64,000 bases of DNA from Octopus vulgaris. Taxonomy: Eukaryota. How positions within the stretch are numbered: position 1 is the stretch's first letter; every line of letters starts with the position of its first letter. Shown here piece after piece: positions 40,706 through 54,460 of this stretch. A program made the position numbers and the translations under genes. Under the pieces are notes generated by a model. It was not told the DNA's origin. It was given only the letters and a program-made list of their open reading frames with translations, and made no database searches. The stretch covers positions 141,484,001 through 141,548,000 of the forward strand of contig OX597815.1 of assembly GCA_951406725.2 (NCBI GenBank). Direction: 5' to 3'.

Positions 40706-43700
40706 TTGTTAGCTTATTATTTTCTTTCATTCCTATCTTAAATATTCTTTTCCACAAGTTCCACTAATATAAATGCTTAACTGCTACGCAATTCAGACTA
40801 GTGTTTCTCCAACCATTCAACCCCGCTGCCCAGTTACACTACCTTAGCTAGACTTCAAATACATTCATGAATATCATCATCATCGTCGTCAAAATCATCT
40901 CAAAATTAGCAAATGCTGATTAAATTATCATGCGTTTTAATTGTAGGCTAATTCAATTAATTCATAAATTTTATGTGAGCAAGTCACTTCACATCTAATG
41001 AATCCTTCTAAAGAATCTTGTCAAACGTGGGCCGGCACCTTTCTGTGTTTCGATAACACTTGTGCCATTTCCAATATATTTAAGCCTTTCACATATCATT
41101 TTGTACGTTGGGCTGAAGGAAGCAACATACAGGGGCAATGTTTACACAATCACTTTGTCTCACCGACTAGGCTCTAATCTTCTTCAATTTGTTCAGCTCT
41201 TTTCATAAACACTTTATTCTCAAATGGGGTTGAAAAATAATGGATATTGAACACTGTATGTTCTTTATTCAATCAATAATCGTATGTGTTCATCTTGCAT
41301 CATCAATTTAGGTATTCTCTGTAGGGAAGCCCTATAAAATCATGTAATTTCTATTCCCCATGAAAAACACTTGGTTAATCTTTACATTACATTTCCGTAT
41401 CTTCCAAATACAGATTTGGCTAATATCCAAATGCACTCTTTTACTGCAGGAGATGTTTAATATTTTCATTCCATTTTCTTAATTATTCTTTTGCAATGTG
41501 GCTTCATTTTATGTATTTCATTTTTTTAAATCTTAAATCCCAGCACGCTGAACAGAACGTTTACACTATAGTAGAAGACACTTGCCCAAGGTTTCACGTA
41601 GCCACGCCGGCGCGGAATTTTCAAAACCAAAATTGTGAATTTCTATTCTACACAGGGAAATTCATACGATTATACAAAAATAAAAAATAGATTTTGGCGC
41701 GCTATTTCAGGCCTATTTATATACTTTTTCGAATATCATAGGAGCGCATTTATTGATCGAAAATGACCACGTGAGTAAGCAGGTCCATAACAGCTTCGCT
41801 TGTTACTATGGAAATAGGTTGCTTTCGATTGACTAAAATTACGTAAAATTTACAAACTTTAAAGGATATTAATCAATTTTGTATTGATTTGTTGCGAAAA
41901 TGGATTTACTGTCAATGATTGCTATGCAAATCTAAATAAACATATCAAATACTAAATCAATTGGAAGAAAAATTGAAAAACAAATTGAAATGTGGCAACC
42001 AAACAGTAAAGATCCTTAAATATATCACACATTTTTTTGTAAAATTATTGCGAAGATGTAAAACATGGCATATTTTGAAGCCGTTTTCAAGCTATCAGGC
42101 ATTTGGCAATGACTATCATATTTTCAGAAGTTTAGAAACACTTTTGCACATCGTATTTATACAGCTTGTTTACTTCAGTCATTTAAATGACCGGTAACCA
42201 AAGTTTAAAATTTCCTCTCCATCTTCTAAGGAGGCATGTAGTACCGTTGATGGTAATAGTAATATATATATATACATTGAAATATATGCACATGTACATA
42301 TACGCATATACTATATATATTCAAACACACTTATATTCATACTCAGACGTACATACTCACACAAATATATATATATATATATTATTTATTGCATTTACTG
42401 CCGAAAGAGCCGCGCGTGCGTGGTGGATTTTGAAAAGTTATAACATATAAGCACGGGGCATGGTCTTTATCGCCTCGTGTCTATATGTTAGCCTTGGCTT
42501 CGTGCTGAAGATGGAAGCGCCAATTGTAAATTAAAATCATTTTATTTTATTTACAAAAGATTACCGAAACTATGCATAGTCCAGGAAAGATAGGGTAAAC
42601 GTTTTTATTTCCCATTCCCTTTTAGAATTACAACTATTAGTGGTTTGGAGTTTAACTGCTCTTTCTAGTGAGTCAGATATCCTATTATGGCCATCTCTTA
42701 TGTGTTTAAACGTACACTGTATGTTTTTTTCTCTCTCTCTCTCGCTCTCTCTCTCTCTCTTTATATATATGCATATACATGTATATAGATAGACAGATAG
42801 GTAGATAGACAGGTATATAGATGTATATCCGTAATTGATATATCTATATATGCATACAGATACACACATGCAATTCAGAACAATATGATAAATTTTGATT
42901 TCATTGAGATTACGCTGTGTTTTTTGAGCGTTCAAGCAGTATAAACGGCCACATAGTCTTTTTGATTGGTTTGAGCAGTGAATGGAAATGACAAAATCAA
43001 AAATCAGAGACAAAAGAAAAGACATTTAGCAAGCATATTTTTTTTTTGTCTTATATTTTTCTTTCCTATTTTCCGTAAAATAAAAATAACCCATTACCTT
43101 TCGCTATTAAGTGGATTAATCAATTAAATATGATTAGCTAAATGAACACTAAAGCCAGTAATATTTTAATGTTCCAATAAATATAAGGAGATTGTGAAGA
43201 ACTGTAAAGACATGAATTCTATAATTGCCGATTATTTTCGTTGAAAATGTCCTGGATAATTCTAATCGCCACTTTATAGGAGACTAATCTTCTCTGTTTG
43301 GTTTATTATTTTATTGTTTTCATTAAAATATGCAAATAGAAGGCGCTGGCAATCATATCCTGCTACGAAATAATGTGCATTTCAGGGAAGTAATATCTGC
43401 TATTACAAAATTAATTATCAAACTTATTAGCGTCTGATAATTAATTAACAGTTAATACAAAATTAATAAAGGGCATCTTATTTTTCAACAATTACGTTCC
43501 AATATTAATTAGTTGAGAGCAATTTTGCGGGTAATATTCGATGCTGTCTTTCTGCCAGTTACTTTTTATTCCTTAACGTTTATGCTTTGAATTCGAAAGA
43601 ACCAGAAGATTTCATCGATGCAGAAATGACATACTACGCCGCCGACAAAAAAACGTAGATAATCTTTTTTCCTTATGTATGCAGTACGTACATTTGTTAC

Positions 43701-43966
43701 TTACCGGCAAAATGTGAAACATATTTGTAAATCATTTCTACTATAGTCATAAGGCCTGGAATTTGGTGGGGAGTCCTAGTCGATTACATCGACCCCAGTG
43801 CTTGATATATATATATATAAGGCAATTATTACACGAGAAGCAGGAAATGGAAATTATGTAATTTAACACTCTAGCATACGGAAGTTGTCAAGTGTAACTT
43901 TCAGATACAGGCTCAGTGTTCTACTACTAACCTAAGGGCCTTCTGGCAACAATTACTGTCAATATT

Positions 43967-44200
43967 TATTTCTTTATTGCCCAAAGGGGGCTAAACATAG
44001 AGGGGACAAACAAGGAGAGACAAAGGGATTAAATCGATTACATTGACCGACAGTGCGTAACTGGTATTTGTTTAATCAACACCGAGAGGATGAAAGGCAA
44101 AGTCGACCTCGCCGGAATTTGAACTTTGAAGGTCACCGCAGACGAAATAACGCTAAGTATTTCTCCCGGCGTGGTAAAGATTCTGCCGGCTCGCCGCCCT
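43967..44200 (-). mobile_element. tRNA-derived SINE (family C, Deu/Nin-like core) with ~16-bp TSD
   Basis: Minus head GGCGGCGAGCCGGCAGAATC..GTTCAAATTCC (B box), core GTCGACTTTGCCTTTCATCCTCTCGG; TSD aattactgt(c/g)aatatt at 43951 and 44201. Confidence 0.9.
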
Positions 44201-44384
44201 AATTACTGTGAATATTAATGCAAAATAATAACTTTTCGATTGTGAGAACATTTTATGCAGAGAATTTGGAAGCATCGAATGTGTTAGCCTTTTGTAGACA
44301 AGAAAGTCAATTTAAAATGCTGTATTGCTGGGACGGATATGGGTAACGCAAAAGGAAAATGGACCACACACTCATATTTTACAC

Positions 44385-44545
44385 GACAAGCGTTTTTCAC
44401 TTTCCGTCAAACAAATCCACGTACAAAGCTTTGATCGGCCTCAATCTTTAGTAGAAGTCACCTAACCAAGTTGTAATACAGTAAGATCGAACTTAGAAAC
44501 ATTTTGTTTTGGAAGAACTCGTTCTACCACACAGTCAAATTTCGC
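44385..44545 (-). mobile_element. SINE family B, degenerate head fragment
   Basis: 'tttccgtcaaacaaatccacgtacaaagctttgatcggcc..tagtagaagtcacc..ctaccacacag' matches family B. Confidence 0.6.
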
Positions 44546-44658
44546 ATGGTTTAAAATAAGGGAAAATATGGAAAAAAATGCCTATATTCATTAATATTTA
44601 TACATTTTTCTGTAAACGCCTTGAATGAAATTATTCTCTATTTATGTTAAAATGTGAA

Positions 44659-44721
<63 letters not shown>

Positions 44722-44727
44722 TGAGAG

Positions 44728-44775
<48 letters not shown>

Positions 44776-46639
44776 GCATATTTGTAGAAATGATCCAGGC
44801 CGCTACGCATTTTCTCGAAACAATGTATTATTCGTCATTTTCCCCTTTAGCGCCGTTGTTTTGGATTCAATGTGAGCATCATTCAGCATAATGTAAGTGA
44901 TTCACAATACCGTTCCCAAAATAATAGCTCCTTCCTTTGCAATAGCAGGTGTATGATTCTAGCTGGTGTCTTTATAGCAATTACCAGTGATAACTTCTAT
45001 CACATTTAAAGATTATCTCTGCATCTCTGCATTGGTCCATTATTCCCTCTCACTTCTTTTCCCCTTCCTTCTAACCCTCTTTTCTTCCTTCTCTATCTAT
45101 CTTTCTCCCACCTTTCTCTCTCATTTTCTCTCTGTCTCTATCTTCCTCTGTCGCATTCTCTCTCCTTCTCTCCCCTTTCTCGCCCCCTCTCTCTTTATCA
45201 GTTAATCACACTCACTCACACGATTTTCCATTGATCAATTACGAATTGCATTTCTGATTTTATAAATGATTTATTTCAGCACATCCTTTAATATCAGAAA
45301 CAGTGGTTCGTAAATTAAAGATATGACAATGCATTATGGAATCTGTTGATTTCTCTGCAGCTTCCGTTATTCTACGCCACAAGCAAGAATAAAATGAGCT
45401 GGTTTATTTCAAAGGAAATCATGGCAAGTATTACTATCATGCGATATTTTGATTAATTACTAGTGCCACACAAATCGGAAAATGTTGAGTTAGTTTTTAA
45501 AATGTTAGAAAGACTGTCGCATGGTATAATCAGTTTTCATGATATGTATCTCTGTTTAAGTTTCTTTCTTACAGCTTTCTGTTGTTTTTTATGTAATTAC
45601 TTCGTTAATAATACATATAACATGCATCAGTTACTTTTATTTTGAATTGTTTTACTTCTTGCGTGCATTTATACGAAGTAAGTAACGAAGGAAACGCAAA
45701 TTGTTAGCTCTTGATGTCTCTGTGTATGTTAGAAAAGTTCAGTTTTGATATGATATATTAGACTAACAATTAGGAAATATGTCTCAGATATATTTTTATC
45801 GTGTACGAATTGCTTATGATTTAAATGCATGTTTATATCATCCATATATGTAAGAGCTCTTAAATAAAAGCTATTTTTCATTGCGCTGAAGGATTATTAA
45901 TAGGCATGCATATATTACAAGTCAAATGACACGCAAAATCCATGTTATATTCACAGTGCATTTCACATTAATTATATTTTAATGTGAAACTCAATCGGAA
46001 AAAATAATATGGCGATGTGGCATGTATTTTCAATCCATGAAAAATTACGGCATCATATGAGTGCGTGTGTTCGCGGGTGCATGTGTCAGTGTGTGAATGT
46101 GTATCTGTAAAATAACGTATAGTAGTTAATTATGCCTGTAAGTGTCTATTGTAGGGTATAATCGACAATTACGCTCGGATGGAACAAATGCCTAAATCTC
46201 CAACATTATAAGAAGTGAGGCAGAATCCAGAAAAACAAGAGTTTGTTTTAGACAATGTACAAGTCGAGCTAATGAAAGAATGATATAGAAAAAGATGTAC
46301 AAGCAGTTGTCAATGGTATCAAAGCATTTATGAAATAGTCACATTATTAATGTAATTAATTAATATAACAAGTGAATAAATATAGTGATATTTCATACTC
46401 ATTCATAGAGAAGTAGATAACCTGGAAGTTCATACTTAAATGCAACAACAAATAAAGAAGAGGATCTGAGTAGTCCTACATATGACTGTTCTTCATAGAC
46501 AGGTACGAATTTGTCAGGAGAGTTCATATTAGACATTACATATAGAAGGAAAAATGTGGTTAAGTCTTTACAGCTTTTTCTCGCATTAGGCATTTATTAA
46601 ATATACATATGATATTCAAAGGAATGCCATACCATGTTC

Positions 46640-46830
46640 TCCTTTCAGTCATTAGACAGCGGCCATGCTAATAATTTTTAGTCGAATGAATCGAGCCAAA
46701 TATTTATTTTCTTAAGCCTGGTAATAGTATGTCGGTTTCTGTTACCGAAGCGCTAAGTTACGGGACATAAACGACCAACACCCGTGAGGCTGCGGTGAAG
46801 AACAAACACAGATACAAAGACAGGCGCAGG
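46640..46830 (-). mobile_element. SINE family B, tail/body fragment
   Basis: 'ttcagtcattagacagcggccatgct..accgaagcgctaagttacgggacataaac' matches the family B body and tail. Confidence 0.65.
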
Positions 46831-46834
46831 CATG

Positions 46835-46953
<119 letters not shown>

Positions 46954-47239
46954 ACGCCAATATAAGAGCGCACCTTTGATGCAAATATGAATATGAACTG
47001 CCAGGCTAATGTCTAAGACCACAAGTATTACATACGTTTTCACTTAGAACATTTGCGTAAACTGGCGTTGTAAGCAAGCAGATTTGCTATAGGAACAATA
47101 ATGACTGATAAAGATGCGTTGAAATGTGTCTGTGTCGTAATACCTGTGTTATACATAGTATGAAACTATCAGTAGCTCATAAAAATGTTAAAATGTATAG
47201 TGTTTATTAAATATTATATATATATATATGTATATATGC

Positions 47240-47400
47240 CAAGCTTTTTTCAGTTTCCGTCTACCAAATCTCTTCCAAAGAATTTGTTCGGCCCCGGGCT
47301 ATAACAGAAGACATTTGCACAATTTGCTATGCTGCGTGACTGAACTTGGAACTATGTAGTTAGGAAGCAAACTTCTTACAGCACACTGACGCCTGCGCCC
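47240..47400 (-). mobile_element. SINE family B, head fragment
   Basis: 'ttcagtttccgtctaccaaatc..ggccccgggctataacagaagaca..gactgaac..aagcaaacttcttacagcacac..cgcctgcgcc'. Confidence 0.7.
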
Positions 47401-48979
47401 AGGTATATAGATATGTTTTTTAATGAAGTGAATTACTTAGCAGAAGTTATGCTTTTGATATTTTGACTTAAACCTCGTGTGATTAACACATGTTTGGTGT
47501 TCTAGGAAAGAGGGGCTGAAAGTGGTTGTAATGAGGATGATAGAATTGTTTGGTGGGTATGTGTGCATAGAAATGCTCTTTAATTAGCTCACTATACTTT
47601 TGTAGTTGAGGTAAAAATTGAAAATCTAAGAGAAGTCCCATCTGTAAAGCAAAACCATTGTGATATGCGTAAATGGAAGTGCTTAACAATGAGTAGAATG
47701 GTTTAAGCTCAGATGCAGCATAGCATACCTTGATAATAAATATATTACTGTTCGATATGTGGAAGTATTATCCCACTGTAGGCTTCGTACTGTGTATATA
47801 GAAAGAACCTATTTAAGGCCGCAGTACGTTTCCCCTGGAGGAAAAAATGATTTAGTAAAGAACGGAAGCAAGATTGCGGGCAGAGATAATCAATAATTTT
47901 AAAGATTAAAATTTAGTTTACTTGATGGATTTATTGGCAGGTTAGATATTTGCTTTGCTGCGTGCAATATTTGTATCTTTAGGCTGTTGAGTGTAAAGCA
48001 TACCTTGCGTTCGTGTTGGAGAGTATTTCTATATATCTGTTCTAGAAACAGAATTAACTAGATAATTTATATTTAACTGAATATCAAGAAGGGACGACAT
48101 ATATTATCATTTGGATATGAAGGTAGTTTATAAGAAATGTTGATAAAGTTTTGAAGAGATAGCGAGCAAGCCTAAGTACTGCGATCAAAGCGGTCCCTAG
48201 TTTTCAGAACCGGAAATATAGGAGTCCATACTACCCAATTTAAGAGTAATGAATACGGCGATGAACAATTGGTTAATTTTAGAATTAATTACAACCACTG
48301 CCTGTAATACATATGGGTATAAATTTGGAGGATATTGTAAGCAACCAAGTGATTTAGTTTTATGCCCAAAGCGTGGGAGACTGTAGAGCATGTTTCCAAT
48401 GGCGTATATAGGAATACGCGTCTGGGGAGATAAATGTAGAGAGATAAATTGCATGAGGGAAATAACAAATAGTGACGACTGAGAAAACGTGTTGTGAGCA
48501 CGTTTAAAGAGTGTTAGATGAGAAATTGTCAGGGCAGCTGACCAATTATATTTGCATTTATTTTGATTTTCAAACTTTGGCGCATATATAAATGTGTAGT
48601 GCAAGTCTGTAGATAAAATATCATGAAAATCATGTCCGGTTACAAAGTTAATTGAAATGTTCCTGAGGCAGCCATGAAGAAATAATCAATAGTTCCAACA
48701 ATAAATGCTCATCTACATACATCCTTAAATTGCCTTTAAATCCGAATTAGATCGTTCAGGATTTACTATGTAGTGTCATAAAATAAATTTATATGAGAAC
48801 TATTATTACAACTATATGTAATGAATAATATCCTAATATAATTTTAGGCAGTTCATTGATTTCAATCGGAATTAGAATCTATGTTTGAACATAAACAATT
48901 GATCCTTCTACGATGATTTCAGTAGTGAAACTGTATATTATCTCACTATTTAAATCACGTATATGATTTCTTTACTAGT

Positions 48980-49066
<87 letters not shown>

Positions 49067-52000
49067 ACACTCCTCTACCATAAAAATCTCAAACTTCTTA
49101 TAATTTCGAGAAAAGCAATGTTGTAATAACGTTTAGTAATAATACATTTTACAAAACTGCTACTGCAGGTTAGTCTGGATAATGACGTCACACGCTAAGA
49201 GCAGAATAATGTCTATATAATAATCCCGGTCTACTAATAAATAACTAATTAAAAACAATAAACTTCATGATTATGCAATGAAGATATATTCATTATAACG
49301 AGTAGAAACCTATTACCTACAGAGATGTGATAGATATGTAGTCATAAAATGCTTACATTATCTTCATTGAGTATATGTGACAATTCTTTAAAATATGGTA
49401 AATATAAATTTTACTTTAGGGAAACTAGCCTGTGTATATTTTGACAATAATGAGATTTGTCAATGATTAACAAAATCAAATGCAATAAAAATTGCTGAAG
49501 TACCGTAGATGAATACAAACAAATTATGAGAGCTAACCTAGAGATATCCCTTCTATCCCTTTGTAAAACGGCCAGCCAAAACTTAGCAATATTCTTCAGC
49601 TATTCCCAACTAAGAGAACTGAGATCAGCTTTTTATGGCAATTGAAATTTTCAACAGCTCATTCAACATTCATAATAATAATACTGTTTTAGAAAAACAT
49701 TTTTTCAGTAAATTCTTTTAGACATCAGCAGAACAATCGTTTTGTAGGCAGACGATTGTGATTTGTATGCACTGCTTTGCATATTTAGTGTAATGATTAC
49801 TATATTTAAATTGATGTGCTAGCGTCAAGTAATTACCATGTAAACTAAAATTCGCCAAATAGAATCATTTATAAATCAATAGAAATTCATTTCTAAAAAT
49901 ATTGGAAACAAAATATTCTTAAGCTCATGGACTATCTTTTAAAATTCATTACTTGAATCAATCATATTTCAAACCAACAATGTATTTTTAGTTCTCATCG
50001 ATTTATGAGCCTATGAGATACATCCCATTACATGTATATATATATATATATAAGTGAGGTTGAATAAACTCATACATTTCATTTTTACTTCGAAATGGAG
50101 CTGAATTGATATACAATTAAAATCTTATTGTGTGAAGTCAAAGTACCACATTAATGTTATATGAAAATGAGGAGAGCTGATATTGGAATTATTAGTGCAT
50201 GTGTAGTGAAGTTGTAGATCAATAAAAATAATAAAACAAAGCAAACTTAATAGTGATTTTGGATACTATATTCTGGACATTTTTCACAACAAAATGAAGA
50301 ATGTATTCGACAACGATTCTAGAACTGAGATTTAAAATCATAAACTAATATCTTTCTAAATTGAAATATTTCTACACAAAAAAGAATATTCATGCCAGCT
50401 CTATTATAAATAAATTATCAAAATGTTCTTGACACATAATAATTGAATATAGCGAGGCATCCCCCCGGCCCCAAAAAATTAATTAAAAGAATCAGTGTTC
50501 TAGATGCATTTTAATACAATCTTCTTTCCAACTGATTGTAGAATGAGTATCTCTCTTTAATAGAGTTTTTAATTATTTGCAGATTTAGCGTGTTTTCAAT
50601 TTTAATGTGTCACAATAATTGTTTAATAAATTTTCGTTCATTGAACGATAATAGAACGGATAAGAAATGCCATATCACGTTAATGATAATTTTTGCATCG
50701 ATATTTTACATGCGGTTTGGCTGATATTGTTAATGTTGTTCCAAACAAGGTCATTTACTGTCTACAGGATTTACGATCAAATTTTGCTTTGTGAGTATAT
50801 GATACAGTTTATCGAAGATTATATTTCTCAATATATGCTTTTTGTGCTTTGGAAATTTAAAAGGTATTAACTGACAAACAAATTTAGAATACCAAAATAC
50901 TGCGCAGTGGCATGCCTATACTGCGTATACACATATGTTTATAAATACAAAGTTGTGTTTGTATATATTTTCACACACACACATAAATATATGTAAGCAT
51001 GTAATAAAAATATAACTGTACGTGCAAAATATATTGCAGAATAATCAAGAAGATTGTGTGTGAGTTTAAGTGTGTGTGTGTGTGTGTGTATGCTTGCTTC
51101 CATGTGTTTGTGTGTTTGTGTAGTGTAAAGAAAATGCATAAATTGAGCAATACAGATTAAACAAATTTTAATAACATAGTCTTATTTCACGCTTGTAAGA
51201 TGCCAAAGAATTAGTGTTTTTAATGTTAGTCTTTCTTAAAGGAAGTATAGGGATTGAAACGAAGAGAGAGACATATACTGAATGCAAAATTTAATATTAT
51301 TAAAAACGAATAGTGTGTTTATTGTCATGTTTTACATAATTCAGTAATGCGTATATATGTCCGAAAATCATCAGCATTTCATAAAGAGATTCTCGTAAAA
51401 TCGGTCAATCCCTGTGCTGCTGTTCACTTCGTCATGTACCATATGTCACATTATGGATCTTAAAAGTGGTACCATCCATCATCATAATTTCAATCTTCTG
51501 ATGATTTTACTCTATGGAAACTATTTACCGACCCAAAAACAAAAATAATTTTCTGTACTATAGATGAAAATAAAATAAAAAATCAACCATTAGCCCTTTA
51601 AAAAATTGCTCTGAACGGAAGAGCGTTTTCGTAGTAAATTTGAATTGTCCACTAAATAGGGAACCATACATTGACGAACATGTATGCTGCTGAAAATCAT
51701 TATGTTTAACAATAATTATATTTGATACGCTTGACTGCATTATCATTTGTCTCATTATTCTCTCAAAAGCTAGATATTTCATGCATGAAATGCCACATAT
51801 TAGAAGGCCAGTTGAATACGTTATTTTCCAGATTCCACTCATATAATGCTGTGCTGAAAATACATTTTGAATTAAAGCGCAATGGTATTTTTTCACTCGG
51901 CAGTGTCTTTTGTTTTTTTGAAAATATGCGATAGACTTCTCAAAAAATACATTTCGATTAAAATCCGGTTTCTATGGTAATTTAAGTGGCCATGCTAAAA

Positions 52001-52464
52001 ATGCTATGTTATAGAAATAGGATGGCATTTTTATAGAAATTATTTTCTACATTATAGAAATTTGGCTGCAATAATGCGGCAATATTAAGACGGTACGCTT
52101 GAAATCTAGTTGATATATGAAATACAAAAAGTAAAAAATAGGAAAATATTGTATTAGAATATGACCATTATAGATTTTAAATAGTTGAACGCGTTTGGAA
52201 TTCTCTTTTCAACGTAAGGAGACAAAATACTACAGAATCATTCAAGCGGGTGCGATTTTATTTTCCTCATTACGCAACTCTACTGCGAAAATATTGTATC
52301 TGATTTTTTTATTCAGTTATTTGTGAATTTAGATTTACCATAATATCGGAAAATCATACTTTAACTTATTTTAATTATATAACGTAGTTCCTTACCTACT
52401 ATCGCCACTCATTTGTATCAAAATATATGTAATGTAGACAACTGCCTTATGTTATTTAACATAT

Positions 52465-53175
52465 ATACCGGGTGCGGTGAATAAACTGACGTGTAAATTA
52501 CGCAAAGAATGAAAATAGCACTGACCTTATATTTCAACCAAAATTACATAAAAATATCTTGAAATACTAAAGAGTAAAATTGTTCAAGAAAATCGTCCCA
52601 GACTCCTGATGACTTCGGAATCCCCTGTAGCTCTTATGGAAGGTCTCCCTGTTTAAGTTGGTGAATGTTGCCATCATCATTGCCTTCTGTTCATCTTTGG
52701 TGTTACAAGGATTTTTGTTGGTCTCTCGCTCAACTACACCCTAAAATAATAATCAAGGCGTTTGCAGTGTGGGAAGTTGAGTGCCCAGATATTAAGGGTT
52801 GATGTGGTCGCAGAAATAGTCTGCATGGTGCAGAGCGCTGTTGTTTGAAATAGGGTTTTCTAGCAGCCACCATCGTGACCCAGGGCAGCATTAACCCTCA
52901 AGGCACTTGATGTTGGCTTTCGTGTTAGTGTGTCATTAGTGATTCCTCCAAACACCATGATGTTGAGTGTATGTTTTCTTTTTATCACGCTCGGTACATG
53001 TTCTCAGATTGCACTGTCCTCAGATTGAGACGCAAACACTCTGAAATATTCATACTGGAGCTTCCAGGGCGAATGACAAGCAGTATAACATGTTCCCAAA
53101 TTTCTGGCAGAGTGAATTGCGTCATGGTGCTTGAAATCAAAAATAGTGGCGACAATTTACCCCCGCACCCTTTAA
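52465..53175 (-). mobile_element. Internally deleted Tc1/mariner-superfamily transposon
   Basis: Degenerate TIRs: left 'gggtgcggtgaataaactgacg'; right, reverse-complemented, 'gggtgcgggggtaaattgtcg'. The minus strand reads NIWALNFPHCKRLDYYF*GVVERETNKNPCNTKDEQKAM, resembling the WPP.SPD.NPLDY..WG C-terminal catalytic block. Confidence 0.75.
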
Positions 53176-54341
53176 ATATAGAAAACTCCAAATACATAAA
53201 AATGGCATTATCAGCAATGAAATTAATGACGGTATTTTCCGAAGATTAGCACGAAAACCGCTCTAGTATTTTATCTTAACTTGTTGCTATCTCTCACTCA
53301 TTATCACTCTTTCTCTCTTTCCTTCTTCTTCTCTCTCACTTTCTCTCCCCAACCCCCCTCTGCATCTCATAGCTTTACCAGCTTCTGCTCCTCTATCAAA
53401 TATTTCTTCAGCCTCAGACACCATTCCGCATTTCCCACAACACCCTGATCCTAGGCTCAGTGCTCCGAATGCAAGCCTGGATCTGAATTATTGTCTGTTC
53501 TTTTCTCTTTCGTTTCAATTACAGGTAATTCAGTATTTTCTAAACGCATAAACAGACTCTCAGTCAAGTTGTATTTTAATTAAATCAAAAAGCTCTAACT
53601 GTTTACTTGTTATTCTTTTAACTTTGATCCATGCTACCCTTCTATCTAAAAAAAAGTATGTTTAACTTTAAGTTCGAAACCCACCCGTAATTGACCGTAG
53701 TCATGTTAATTCATCAGTTTTCTTTTGCCTACATTGAAAGTGTTTTATTGTTTTGGAGATTTTATGGTAGTATAAAATACATCAGAGTCTATTTCTAATT
53801 CAGTAAGTGGCGAGGCATTTAGCTGAAACTTTATTATAATTATGTATATAATTATAGAATATTTTGTATAATTTACCTAAAAGGTTTTTTCTTACTTACT
53901 GACTACTTGGTAAAATTATTTCTAATTTTACCCTATATTATTATCAAAAATAGAAGGGCAATCTTTTATATTTGTCTTAAGAATAACTCTCTTCTTTCAA
54001 AATGAAGTTTTGTGCCAAAATCTGAAATTATAGGTCAAGTTGATTTGTTCACAACAAACAAAATTTCGCTTTGTACATTCTATGTAATATTTAATGTGAA
54101 ATACAATTTTGAAGCAGATGCTTCTGGATAATGGGAACTGCTTCTATTTCACTTCTTTTATGTAAGATGGTACAAAGGCAGAATCGTTACAAGACCGGAC
54201 AACTTTCTGAGCGTCTTTTTTCCGGCTTTATGCTTTGATTTCAAATACCAACGGTGTCGACTTTACCTCTCATCATATAATTACCAGTAAATCACTACAG
54301 TAATTGAATAGCTGTCTCGGGCCTTGTGACTATATGGGAAA

Positions 54342-54460
54342 TTCTTCTTCTTCTTCTTCTTCTTCTTCTTCTTCTTCTTCTTCTTCTTCTTCTTCTTCTT
54401 CTTCTTCTTCTTCTTCTTCTTCTTCTTCTTCTTCTTCTTCTTCTTCATCATCATCTTCTT
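54342..54460. repeat. (TTC)n microsatellite
   Basis: Direct inspection. Confidence 0.97.

Noticed and set aside
47480-48760. Possible very old PLE RT remnant on the minus strand (MDSYISG, PFLI-like motifs)
   Set aside because: Too degenerate; no catalytic DD motif could be read.
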